This document shows positions 15,202-26,906 of a stretch of DNA of 64,000 nucleotides, one piece after another. The stretch comes from Zygnema circumcarinatum SAG 698-1b (Eukaryota > Plantae > Zygnematophyceae). The translations under genes were made by a program, and so were the position numbers. How positions within the stretch are numbered: position 1 is the stretch's first letter; each line of letters begins with the position of its first letter. The notes beneath the pieces were generated by a model. It did no database searches, was not told where the DNA came from, and saw only the letters and a program-made list of their open reading frames with translations. The DNA lies in the NCBI GenBank assembly GCA_037447605.1, contig CM074807.1, forward strand, positions 62,001 through 126,000, written 5' to 3'.

Positions 15202-15838
15202 GGCCTATTGGAGAGGCATCTACAGAAATTCGTTTGCAATCTGGGTTGCGTCAATCGTTTAGTCAGGAGCTTCTGCTTAACGGGCTGCCCTCTGCATCAT
15301 GTCTGTGATCATTGCGTCGTTGTTCGGACTGCTGCGTGCTAATAACTAAGAGAATGACTATTGGCAGCGCAGTTTATGCTGAGAGGACGCTGCGTTGGGG
15401 ACAGAGATGCTCGCAGATTGACTACTGGAAATTGGATGATGGATTCAGGAAACAAAGATTGAAGCGACAAGAACAGGCTCACGTGCAGAACGACTTGTTT
15501 TGGGAATGAACATTCCAAAATTTTGAAGTCCAGAACAAATTCCCTAAGTCTGATGATGCCACGGATCTGTCCCCTCTCCATGGCAGCTTCTTTTGTAACA
15601 ATTTCAAAAAAATAAAACTTCTCTTCTAAACTGCTTAATCATGTACAGCAATTCTGATGTCTCAGAATTGAACCCCTTACCCTATCCTCACTGCTGTGCC
15701 TGAGCCTTCCGCCTCTTTTCACATTCGCTTAGATAGCAATAATCTGTCTGCCCGCAAAGGGCTCTCTTATTCCTCTTGCAGCAGCGCGATTTGGCTCCTT
15801 CCCGCGCGCTGCCTGCCTCCTCCCCCTTCAGTCTCTCC

Positions 15839-18800
15839 CTACAACCTGACCTTCATGTTGCGCAGCCCCCAGTACGCGATGAACCGGAACACGATCGTCA
15901 TAACGATGAGCGCGAGCGCGTCCACCCACGCCTCGTCGAGGCGGATGCCCTTCAGCGCGTCCTCCACGCGGCACTGCACCCCGCTGATGTTGCCGGGGGG
16001 GCCGCAGTTGTACACCATGCTGTCGGTGTACTGCAGCTTGATCACCAGCCGGTAGCTGTAGAATGTGAAGGAGACGTACTTCACCCAACCGATCCAAGCG
16101 GGAATGTACTGCACCGGGCCAGAAAACATAACGAGTCGTCAGCAGGCATGTGATGTACGTCGTCCCAGGTTTGTTGGTGATTGTAAGGAGGGCTAACAAC
16201 TGCTTTGCATTAGGGTTGCTTACCCGGAGGTAGTAGCCACCGCAGAGCATGAAGGTGAGCAGGACAACCGAGGCGATGGTAGTGCCCTTCTTGACGTCCA
16301 TTACCCACGCGCCGATCAAAAACCCACACCCCTGGCAAAAACAGAACATTGAGAACGATATTAAGTTTGATGGGAGTGCAGAAAAGGCAAAGGAGGCCTC
16401 AATCCATCATCGCAATGGATGCTACAGAGGAAGTTGCTATTACAGACAACATTTCCTGATAAGACGATCACGGAATAATGCCTGTTCTCACCTGGGCTGC
16501 TGCGATGGTCAGGAAGACAGCCAACATGGTGAGGAAGAAAACTCCTGCGTCTGCTCGCAGACCCGCCATCCAATACGCGATGAGGAGGTAGATGACCGGC
16601 AGCAGCCACTCCATGGGAATGTCCGAGAGGGTCCTGCTCATGAAGTACGCGCTCAGCTGATACATGTCCGAGGACCGCTCCTTCGCCAGCACAGCGCGCT
16701 CCTGCACGCACGCACACACGCCAGCAAGGCAGGCTCGATCATCAATCAGCCAAAGCACTTCGCTGTTTGCATCGGATTGAAATGTGGGCGATGGCGAATT
16801 CCACCAGACTTCTTCAGTCCAAACGATGAGGAAGATAAAAACACTTACCTGGGGAAAGGTGAAAATGGCAGTGATCATCGGGAAGAACCCCCAGAAAATA
16901 GACGTGAAGAATAGGAATCCAATCTGCAGATCGCCAAGCCAAGCCAAGCCACAGGTTTTCAAACATCCGATAAGAAAATCGGCGACAGAAAGAGAGTAGC
17001 AGAAAGCATGGTGAGAGTCTCTGCAGGGACTGCTCTCACCTGGTCCGTCAGATTCTCCAACGTGTCCCGAGCGGAGTTCCACCACAGCATGCCCACGATG
17101 AAGCCGATCGCTATGACCTGATAGAAGCGCAGCGGAGAGAGGTACTCGTGTCGCCGCTCCTTCAGCCCGCGAGTCCACAAAACTTCAAACTGCGTCCACC
17201 AACTGGCGTTCCATGTTCTCCGTTCCATGATGGCGGTTTTTGCGGTATCCGAGACTGCAGGCAGTTCCAGCATGTCCTTCTTGATCTCAGGCTCCAGCAA
17301 TTTCTCGTAACCTTCTAAGAGATACTGCAGCACAAATACAGAACAGCAGAGGGTTTCAGGTCACAGGCAAGCAGGGAACCTTGCAGAAGCTGCATCGTAA
17401 TCCCCATCAATCTCATCTTCGATTCCAATCGATTCTGCAGAAAATAATTTTAACCCTCCTTCCTATCACAGGACCTGATCCTCACCTTCCGAATGTCCAC
17501 TTGCTGCTCCGTTGCCACCTTGTCCTCCCACTTCTCGGCCGCCATAATCTCTGCAGGTATCGAGATATCGGAGGTGGTGCCGGAGGCGAGGTCCAGCAAG
17601 AAGTCTGCAGGGTTCATCGCCACCATGGGGGCGAACCCCACCTTCTCGAAGTGGCCCATGGCATCCCTCGCCTTTCCGAAGTAGATGGAGTGTCCTTCAG
17701 AGAGGAGCAGCAGCTTGTCGAACGAATGGTAGATACGCGAGGAGGGCTGGTGGATGGTGGTGATCACCGTGCGGCCCGCCTGCAAGGACAGACCCGCCCC
17801 CAAGTCAGAACTGGAACTGGGAGGGAGGAGGAGGGAGGGAGGGAGGGAGGGAGGGAGGAGGGAGGGAGGAGGAGGGAGGGAGGGAGGGAGGGAGGGAGGG
17901 AGGGAGGGAGGGAGGGAGGGAGGGAGGGAGGGAGGGAGGGAGGGAGGGAGGGAGGGAGGGAGGGAGGGAGGGAGGAGGAGGGAGGGAGGGAGGGAGGGAG
18001 GGAGGGAGGGAGGAGGGAGGGAGGGAGGGAGGAGGGAGGGAGGGAGGGAGGGAGGGAGGAGGGAGTGGGAGGGAGGGAGGGAGGGGAGGGAGGGAGGGAG
18101 GGAGGGAGGAGGGAGGGGAGGGAGGGAGGAGGGAGGGAGTGGAGGGAGGGAGGAGGGAGGGAGGAGGGAGGGAGGAGGGAGGGAGGAGGGAGGAGGGAGG
18201 GGAGGGAGGGAGGGAGGGAGGGAGGGAGGGAGGAGGGAGGGAGGGAGGGAGGGAGGGAGGAGGGAGGGAGGAGGGAGGGAGGGAGGGAGGGAGGGAGGGG
18301 AGGGAGGGAGTGGGAGGGAGGGAGGGAGGGAGGGAGGGAGGGAGGAGGGAGGGAGGGAGGGAGGGAGGAGGGAGGGAGGGAGGGAGGGAGGAGGGAGGAG
18401 GGAGGGAGGGAGGGAGGGAGGGAGGGAGGGAGGGAGGGAGGGAGGGAGGAGGGAGGAGGAGGGAGGGAGGGAGGAGGGAGGGAGGGAGGAGGGAGGAGGG
18501 AGGGAGGGAGGGAGGGAGGGAGGAGGGAGGGAGGGAGGAGGAGGGAGGGAGGGAGGGAGGGAGGGAGGGGTGGGAGGGAGGAGGGAGGGAGGGAGGGAGG
18601 AGGAGGGAGGAGGAGGGAGGGGAGGAGTGGAGGAGGGAGGAGGGAGGGAGGGAGGAGGGAGGGAGGGAGGGAGAGGGAGGGAGGGAGGAGGAGGGAGGGA
18701 GGGAGGGAGGGAGGGAGGGAGGGAGGGAGGGAGGGAGGGAGGAGGAGGGAGGAGGGAGGGAGGAGGAGGGAGGAGGGAGGGAGGGAGGGAGGGAGGGAGG

Positions 18801-20611
18801 GAGGGAGGGAGGAGGGAGGAGGGAGGGAGGGAGGAGGAGGGAGGGAGGGAGGGAGGGGAGGGAGGGAGGGAGGGAGGAGGGAGGGAGGGAGGGAGGGAGG
18901 GAGGGAGGAGGAGGGAGGGAGGGAGGAGGGAGTGGAGGGAGGGAGGAGGAGGGAGGGAGGGCCCTGCGGGAAACTCACCAGAGCGATCTTCTGCAGCAGC
19001 TGCACTATCTTCAGGGCGGTGGTGGAGTCCAGCCCCGAGGTGGGCTCGTCCAGGAACAGAATTGAGGGGTCAATCAGAATTTCGTGTCCGATGCTAACAC
19101 GTTTGCGCTCGCCGCCGGATATTCCACGGAGGAAAGGCCCACCGATTATCGTGTTCTTGCACCTGCTTCCCTTGACACTTGCTTAGCATACTGAAAAGAA
19201 TGGTTATCAGCTTCGTTATTCTTTAAAAGCTTACTCCCCACAAACCAAGGAAATCTAGGTTTATAAGAAACACAATGAGGCTGCCGGGGTTCTTTAGCAG
19301 TCGGATAGAAATACCATAACTCCCTATCCAACATTTGGCAATATTCTTAACAAACCTCAGCTAATACAACCTTACAACTGCTTTGTCAAAGCTGCCAACT
19401 CCGACTCACACTTCGTAAGAAAGCCTGCTTTCTTTACATCGTCAAAAAACCTCCCCTTTCCTTTGACCTCATCTCCTTTTGGATCTAAGAGGAGATGAGT
19501 TCATGCCACTATGCATGCATGGCGCCTATACCTCGTTTAGTGGAGAGGTTATCCCACTTTTCGAGCTCCTCCCTTTTAGAAGCGGATAGAGCAGGCATCT
19601 CTGCAAAGCACAGGGCCAAGGTGCAAAGCGCAAGGTGCGGGAGGGAGGGAGGGGAGGGAGGGAGGGCGCACTTGTCCAGGCCGAGGTCCGCAATGGTGTC
19701 GTCCGCGCGCGCCGCCTTCTGCGCGCGCGTGAGCTCCCTCGGAAGGCGCAGAATGGCCGCGTACACGAGCGTCTCCCTCACAGTGAGGTGCGGGAAGAAG
19801 GTGTCGTCCTGCGTCACGAACCCAATTCTGCACGCGCGAGACAGAGACAGAGTCAAGCGCCGCACACAGCCGATGAAGGAGAGCTTTCAAAGGACAGGCC
19901 CGCTATTGAGAAGCCCTGAAAAGGGAGAATCCCCCTAAACTCACTTCCGCTTGAGCGCCTTGTTGTACTTGAGGTCGTTGTACGTGACGGTCCCAGTGAC
20001 CCCCCTCTCCTCCTGAATTCGGCCCCCCAGGATGCTGAGGAAGGTGGTTTTCCCCGAGCCCGAGGGCCCCATTATGGCGAGGCACTCATGCGGCAGCACG
20101 GAGCCTGAGATGCCACACAGGATCTCCTTCTCCATCGCCTTCTTCATGCCCTTCACGGGGTTCAGCCACGACCCCTGCGCCTGCTTCAGCGTCACCGCGT
20201 AATGCACGTCCTTGAACTGCACCCACCCACGAGCACCGCCGCTCATTCGTTCGCTGCTTCAACCTTTCGGCTTCACCTTCCGCAGATTCTCAAAAGATCC
20301 AAGGACTGCCGCGCTTCAGACAGTCAATAGAACTGCTGCCCTTCCCTCTCCTGCTGAGGAAGAGCGGTAAGAGAGGTACAGAGAGAGGGAGGGAAGAGAG
20401 GGAAAGAGTAGGCGGCATGCAGGGGTCCTACCTTGACAGCGATTTCCTGAGAGGGGTCCTTGCGCGTGCTGCGCATGCCGGCTTCCTCCTTCACCTCCAG
20501 CACATGGCCATGGCCATGGCCGTTCTCCTTCACCAGAGCCATGCCTGCCTCCGGGTCCTTCTCCATGTCCTCCTTTCGCTCCTCCACTTGCGGCCCGATG
20601 CGCCCACTCAT
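15839..20611 (-). CDS. ABCG: Half-size ABC transporter, subfamily G (NBD-TMD; ABCG22/21/14-like), 10 exons
   Basis: Walker [13 protein letters not shown]; [21 protein letters not shown]; signature [38 protein letters not shown]; [14 protein letters not shown]; [14 protein letters not shown]; [11 protein letters not shown]; [20 protein letters not shown]; C-terminus ..[12 protein letters not shown] (stop 15839-15841). Likely ATG at 20611 (MSGRIGPQ..). Confidence 0.96.
17819..18961. repeat. About 1.14-kb G/A-only low-complexity tract (GGGA/GGA mosaic) in an ABCG intron
   Basis: The + strand is almost entirely G and A, with only a handful of T residues. Confidence 0.97.
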
Positions 20612-21436
20612 ACTTTTTAGCTCTCCCCTCTCCCTCTCCTCTCCCTCTCCCTCTCCCTCTCCCTCTCCCTCTCCCTCTCCCTCTCCCTCTCCACTCTCCC
20701 TCTCCCTTTCTTTCTTCCTCTCCCTCCTGTCTCCCTCTCCTCTCTCCCTCTCTTCTCCTCTCCTCTCCCCCTCTCCCTCTCCTATCTCCCTCCTGTCCGC
20801 CCTTCCATCTCTCTCTCCCACGTCCCCCCCGCGCCGCCCCCGCCCCACTGGACGGGCGGCTCGCGGGCCGCCACGTCATCGCGCGAGCACTCCGCGAAAC
20901 TTCACCGGAGACGCCTAATCACGCGCCGCCACGTGCTCAAACTTGACGTCAGCCGTGGTGACTCCTCCTCCTTGTGACGCTTCATTCGTACATTCGTACG
21001 GTCGCGTGGCCTGCGCGGCGCCCCCCACGCATCTGCCGTACAGTTCCCACGGCAAGTAGTTGTCCGTACTGATATACGGACGACGGCGCGACGCGGGGGC
21101 GGCGGCAGCAGGCGAGGGCGGACCTGCGCGAAGCTTCCGCGAGCGGGGGGGGGCGATGCCCCGTGACGTGGCCTAGACGTCACCGCCCTCGGCGCGACGC
21201 TTCTATGCGGCCGTTGCGGAGGCAGTTCAACAGAACGCGGAGAGCAGTTCCATGGTGGGCGCGTGAAGTGGCCCTGCGCGGGCTACAGTTGCAGTTCTGG
21301 CGAACAGTGGTCGTTGGCTCCATGTGCGTCCGCTGTCTCGAGAGCCGTCTGTTGGCGAGGCGGGCATGCATGCATGGGGTGGCATCCTCACGCCTGTCGG
21401 GGATGGATCGCCTCATGGATGGATGGATGGCCTCAC

Positions 21437-21504
21437 GGATGGATGGATGGATGGATGGATGGATGGATGGATGGATGGATGGATGGATGGATGTATGGAT
21501 GGAT
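21437..21504. repeat. (GGAT)n microsatellite
   Basis: Directly visible, intergenic between UBP22 3' end and ABCG 5' end. Confidence 0.93.
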
Positions 21505-21838
21505 ATGAATGGGCGAGGGCAGAGCACCAACCACACCATAACAGACGCCTGACCATCATCATAAGCACACGAGAGCATGGCATGGCATGGCACGGCACAC
21601 ACGGATTTGGGAAGAACACGCGAACATGAGAGGCCAAAACTCGGGTTACAGCCACGATCTCAACTTTGGGAAAATCTCCTTTCCGAGTGAAAGCAAAGCG
21701 TAGTCAATATAATCAGCCACAGCTCGCCCCCCATGGTCACGTGGACATGAGGAAACAAAGACAATGACAACAATCCCTAGACGCCGACAGCTTTACATGT
21801 ATGTCCGCGTCCGCCCCCTTCCAAGGCAGGCAGCAGCG

Positions 21839-24643
21839 CTAGCTGTAGTCGACCTGCGAGGAGGACACCGTGGGGCCGTCCCCCGCCAGCGGCCTGGAGG
21901 CCGCGGGAGAGGCGCCCTCGCGCCCCTTCTCGGGCTCCTCCCCGCCCCCGCCCCCGCCCCCGCCCCCGCAGTAGGCGAGGCGCCTGCGCACGTAGTAGAG
22001 GAGGTAGCCCTGCGCGGCCTGCACCGCGGCCTCGTCGACCCTCGTCACCCACGCGTCGTCGCACTTGAACCAGCGCCCCTCCAGCCGCACGAAGCACGCG
22101 TAGTGCCCCGCGTCCAGCCGCCCGAGGTGGCTCACTACGGCGAACAGCTCGTAGTTGCACGCGTCAGCGGCGGCGCTGCTCTCCTCAGCATCAGCCGCCT
22201 CCCCCCCTTCCACGGCATTCTCCGCCTGTTCGGCACACCCGTCTGCTCCTGCATCCTCTGAGAAAATGCGGTTACCATGCCGACGCCGCACAATGGCAGA
22301 AGAGAGGTAGGGGGCCATGTTCAAGCGGAAGGGAAACGAGACGTGGCGATCCAACTTGCGGGAAGCGTTGCGTGCGGAAGAGTGTTCGAAACGTTTGATG
22401 TGGAGGCACAGCACAACAGGAAGGCGCCGCACTGACATCTGCTTCACAGACTCCTGCCGCGTTTGGCACCTTTGACAGAAAAACTTTTCGCTAGCATCCA
22501 GCCTCTCCTGCCGCATGAAACGCTCCAAGCAGCCTGCCAGGGTGGCAGGCCCCCCTGTGCCTGCAGCTGCAGGCTTTGCAGCCCCCCCCCCCGTCCCACT
22601 AGATGAGCCCTCCCTCCGCTGCTCCCCTGCCGGCCTGGAGGCGGCGCCCTGCCGACTTGCAGAAGCGGACTCGCGCAGGGGGGAGTCTCCCGGACCTCGC
22701 GGGCCTGTCAGGGGGTCTGCCTCCAGGTCGAGGGAGATGTCCACGCAGGGGTCGTGCGTGGTGGAGGTGAACCCGCACACGGTGCACGTCACATCGGAGC
22801 GCAGCAATCCTGCAAACACGCGATGCACAATGCAGCTGCAGTCCGCTTCTGCGCACCTGCTTCCGTCCCAAAACAAGATACACCGAGTGTCGTCACGGCA
22901 GGCTGATTGAGTGAAACAAGAAGTGGACTCACATTACTACATATCATTCAGCCTGCATACGTACGAGATTTAACGTGTCTACCATGTCCTCTAACACCCC
23001 TCTCAGCATGCAAGATACACGTTACATCTTACTACATCTTATTCCCCAAACATAAGCAGTATGGGCCCGCCAAGGTGCATGCTTGATTAGGCCTATCAGA
23101 CCTGTATAGAAAAACACACGTGTGCATTGTTTTGTTGCATTCACGTGACTTGTCAGCTTCTGATTCCTGCGTCTTCATATGTCTGCCACCTTCTGCATCG
23201 GACAATGTTCACTACTTGTTCAACATCCAGCCGACCATTTCATTCCTTACAACAGAGCCGATTACGATCTTGCATTGAGCTTTCGTGCATCAACTTGTGG
23301 CTGCTCTTCTCCTCGGTATGAACGTTCCTTCAGGAAAACCCCTTCTCACTTCTTCGCAATGGTTCAAATCGTGCCATGACGACTGCCGACATAGTTGAGT
23401 AAATTTGCCATCTTTGAACTAAGCCGTCGTCCGCCCAACCACTCTAATTCTGATCCTCGATGCTACAGCCTGAGGGAGGCCTTGCATGTTGCAAGCTCTC
23501 AACACTAGAGTGGCCAAGATCCAAGTAAGCTCAAAGGGGTCTCACCTGTCTCCCCCTTCAAGAGTAGGATCGACCGCGCTAGCGTTGGCGTGGATGCCGT
23601 CCACGGTGGAGATGAAGAACTCATGCGCGTCCTGCTGCTCATAGCCCGCAACGTTCTCCGCATGCCTCCACCAGCTGGCCCAACCATTGGAGCGGCACTT
23701 CCGTCACCTAGGCGAGGCAGCCTCTCGGCATTTCTGGGCCTTCGTCAGCTGCATAATTGCTGCGCTGTGTCGTCCGGACAATTGTGCTATGCAACAGGCA
23801 TAGGTTCGCTTCAACGGGAGAGTTGCAGCAAAGAGGGAACAAGGACAAGAGGCTCCACCTGTAGAGAAACTGCGCAGGACTGAAGGGACTTCTAGATCCA
23901 GAAAAAGCTGCGGTGAATATGGCGTCCATGTCACACCCCAGGCACAAATTCGAGCCGCGACGCTGACAGCGGTCGCGGTTGTGCTTGTCCGCGAGGAAGT
24001 AGTTCCGCAGAGGAGGTGTGTGCAGGAGAGCCTGCAGCACTGCGTTCATGAAGCAGGTGCTGCCCAGATTGTTGAGTCCCCGCAGGCCCTGCGGCAGCCC
24101 GCAGGTGTCCTCGGCCAGCTGCGTGGCGCCCGCCTGGAGCAGCTGCCGCTCCGCCTCGGAGCCTTCCCAAGAGAGGTAGGGCGCCCTGGCTCCCCTCTTG
24201 CGCTTGCGGCGGGGTGCCGATGCCGATGCGGCAGCGGAGTCGGAGTCGGAGGAGCGGATGGCGCAGAGCACGGCGCGGTCGAAGGCGGCGTGGTAGACCT
24301 GGTCGTGGCAGGCCGCGCAGAAGAGCTCCGCGCGGTCCACGTCCACGCACAGAGTGTGCCCGGGGTGCGCCATGGCGTGCGCCCGCACGTGCGAGAGGTG
24401 CGGGGCGGACGCACAGAGCACGGCCCCGCAGGCGAGGCAGGCGTAGAGGCGGCCATGCGCGGCCCCGCAGAGGCTGCAGCGCGGCACCTCCCGCGGCCCC
24501 CTGCAAAGCGCCGCGCGCGGCCCCGGCCCCGGCCCGCCCCGCAGCGCGCCGCGCAGCAGCAGCCGGAAGGGCCCCCCCGCGCCCGCGCTCCCGCACTGCT
24601 CCCGCACGTGCGGGCACGAGCCCCGCTTCCCGCCCATGGCCAT
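21839..24643 (-). CDS. UBP22: Ubiquitin carboxyl-terminal hydrolase 22 (USP22/27/51 family, SAGA DUB module), 3 exons
   Basis: N-terminal ZnF-UBP (CSLCGAAHGRLYACLACG..H..H..LCVDVDRAELFCAACHDQVY); Cys box GLRGLNNLGSTCFMNAVLQALLHTPPLRNYFL; QQDAHEFF; CIVHRVFAGLLRSDVTCTVCGFTSTTHDPCVDISLDL; LCLHIKRFEH; His box YELFAVVSHLGRLDAGHY..WFKCDDA; stop 21839-21841. Confidence 0.96.
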
Positions 24644-24931
24644 GGACGCCCGCCCGCCTGCCCGCCAGGGAGGGAGGCAGGGGAAGGGGGAGGGAGGGAG
24701 GGAGGGAGGCAGAGCCTCGGCGGTCGTTGCCGCGTCCCGTCCCGTTCCGTTCCGTTGCGCTGGGGTGGTCGCAGTTCGCCGCATGGAACGGCCACCCGCG
24801 GCCCGTCACCGCCAGAAGTCAACCGCCGCCGCGGGGCCGGTGCGACGTCCGTACATGTCCGCATATGCGAGGGTGTGTCGGTGGCCTGTCGGTGTGAAAA
24901 GTAAAATTCGAATTTCGAACGGCCTCGCGAC

Positions 24932-25672
24932 TAGGGATGGCCCGAGTTATAAAGTCCGACTATATTATATACTTTACAACGGGTTTAAAAGTAGTGATAT
25001 AGTACAAAGTAAAACACTTTATTACATATATTATACCCACCCGTTTTGAACAATTAACGATCGTACTCGTACGGTCGTACGGTCGTACCATACCAAAATT
25101 AGGTCGTTTTGGCGTTGGCGTTGTAGCACAAGATAAGTGGGGTTAAAAGGAGATTGCTGAGCTAGTCGCAGATGCTGTACGGCCACCCGAGCGTCCGTGC
25201 TGAAACTGACGTAGGGTTGGGGTGGTGCTGTGGGTCTGCCTGCAGCATAGAGCCAGGATCCGGGGGATTCAGAGGTACGCGCAGCGGAAGACGTAGGGAT
25301 TCTGAAGACGTTCCCACCGGCGGCTGGACTTGATGCGCAAAGAGCCCTTCCTTGGGGACCCTCCTCCCCTGTCCTCTCCTCGGCTAGTCTCTTAGCTAGG
25401 CTTCTAGTGATCATTGGTCATTGAGAGTAATGCAAGGCAGGATAGAGCAAGATAGGGGCTTGGCATAGTGACAGCAGAGGGAAAACAGGACACAACTTAG
25501 ATAAAGGTGGTATTTTGGAAACTCACCCCAGCCAGCGGTTGGCTGGGGAATGTCATTACAATGAAATTGTCTTCTCACTGAAATCTTTGTCTAACTGGGC
25601 TGAATGGGACGTCTAAATGCTATCAGCAAGAAGACTCTTTCTCTCTCTCTCTCTCTCTCTATCTATGGCATG

Positions 25673-25708
<36 letters not shown>

Positions 25709-26331
25709 TTAGCATCTGTTGCTGTAACTGAAGAGGAAGGAAAAGAAGAAAGAAGAACAAGACAACAAACCACACAGCAAATACAAATACTAAGCCCAGC
25801 ACTAAAAGACAAACAAGCATCACTGACATCCCATCTACTTAACACTGACAATAGATCTTGAGTCTTGGTAGTGACAGTCCCTGATTGGCCAACTGCCCAC
25901 TGAGAGGCCTGACTGACTACGTGGAGCCTTCGGATAGGTCAACGAATGATAATCGGCGGCCTTAGGCGGTGTTCCCGAGTGCGCCTTGCTGGATAGTGTG
26001 CCGTTCCGTGGACCGCCAACGCATGGCGCCGCCTTCTCTCAATCTCCGTTGGCAGCTCCTGGATTCCGTTGATCCGTGACACGGGAGAGGCATATGTCAA
26101 GTACAATTGAACTGACGCAAATCCGTCGAACGCAGCTCCGTTACGCTACAGCGTTGCGAAATGCGTCCGTCTGGTTCACTCTGTCTTCACCGCATAATAC
26201 CGTACAGTCGTACGACCGTATGACCGTACATGTTGTAAAGGCGTTGTAAAGTATTATATAACAGCCGTTATTTAGTCGTCACAGTTATATAATATAATAT
26301 AGATTATATAGTCGTAATTAAGCCATCCCTA
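24932..26331. mobile_element. Non-autonomous hAT-type MITE (about 367 bp when the nested insert is removed), with 8-bp TSD
   Basis: Termini TAGGGATGGC (24932) and GCCATCCCTA (ends 26331) are perfect 10-bp inverted repeats resembling the Ac-type TAGGGATG terminus. They are flanked by an identical 8-bp duplication CTCGCGAC (24924-24931, 26332-26339). No transposase ORF; many subterminal CGTAC repeats. Confidence 0.9.
25122..26150. mobile_element. 1029-bp insertion nested in the MITE, probably a solo LTR
   Basis: Starts TGTAGC, ends GCTACA (TG..CA, 6-bp inverted), flanked by a 4-bp duplication GCGT (25118-25121, 26151-26154). Removing it regenerates TTTTGGCGTTGGCGTTGCGAAATGCG, which is present uninterrupted in the second MITE copy (about 26672-26697). 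Confidence 0.8.
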
Positions 26332-26501
26332 CTCGCGACTCGCGAGACACGGCCATCAGACTAAATTCGTAGTCTGGTTTGGTCTAGTCAAGTCGAACAC
26401 ACTTAAGTCAAACAAGTCAAGTCAGGTCAGGTCAAGTCAAGCCTAGTCAACTCTGATTTAGGTCGCTTTAGTCGTTTGGTTCGGCGGGAGGGCCTCCTGG
26501 C

Positions 26502-26809
26502 TAGGGATGGCCCGCGTTATAAAGTCCGACTATATTATATACTTTACAACGGGTTTAAAAGTAGTAATATAGTACAAAGTAAAACACTTTATTACATATA
26601 TTATACCCACTCGTTTTGAACAATCAACGACCGTACGACTGTACTCGTACGGTCGTACGGTCGTTAGGTCGTTTTGGCGTTGGCGTTGCGAAATGCGTCC
26701 GTCTGGTTCACTGTCTTCACCGCATAATACCGTACAGTCGTACGACCGTACATGTTGTAAAGGCGTTGTAAAGTATTATATAACAGCCGTTATTTAGTCG
26801 TCACAGTTA
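26502..26809. mobile_element. Second, 3'-truncated copy of the same hAT MITE
   Basis: Begins TAGGGATGGCCCGCGTTATAAAGTCCGAC and is colinear with copy 1 apart from several substitutions and small indels. It lacks the last about 40 bp, the right TIR and a TSD. Confidence 0.88.
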
Positions 26810-26906
26810 CGACAGGGGAGCAGTCGTACGACCGTACATGTTGTAAAGGCGTTGTAAAGTATTATATAACAGCCGTTATTTAGTCGTCACAGTTAAGACA
26901 GGGGAG
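26735..26906. repeat. 86-bp tandem duplication at the broken end of MITE copy 2
   Basis: 26735-26820 and 26821-26906 are identical except one base (AGTTAC vs AGTTAA before GACAGGGGAG). Confidence 0.92.

Noticed and set aside
17381-19186. Long ORFs of 308-601 aa (GGREGGRE.. and PPSLPPS..)
   Set aside because: They are translations of the stop-free G/A tract inside an ABCG intron; the ABCG exons splice around it.
20612-20848. In-frame upstream ATG extending ABCG with an E/G/R-rich N-terminus
   Set aside because: The extension is a (GAGGGA)n tract typical of 5' UTRs here; the ATG at 20611 is preferred, but this is not proven.
23361-23371. GGTTCAAATCG resembling a tRNA T-loop
   Set aside because: No acceptor, D or anticodon stems could be folded around it.
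23708-24904. Several overlapping 227-307-aa ORFs in other frames and strands
   Set aside because: Shadow ORFs of the very GC-rich UBP22 exon 1; only one frame has ZnF-UBP and USP motifs.
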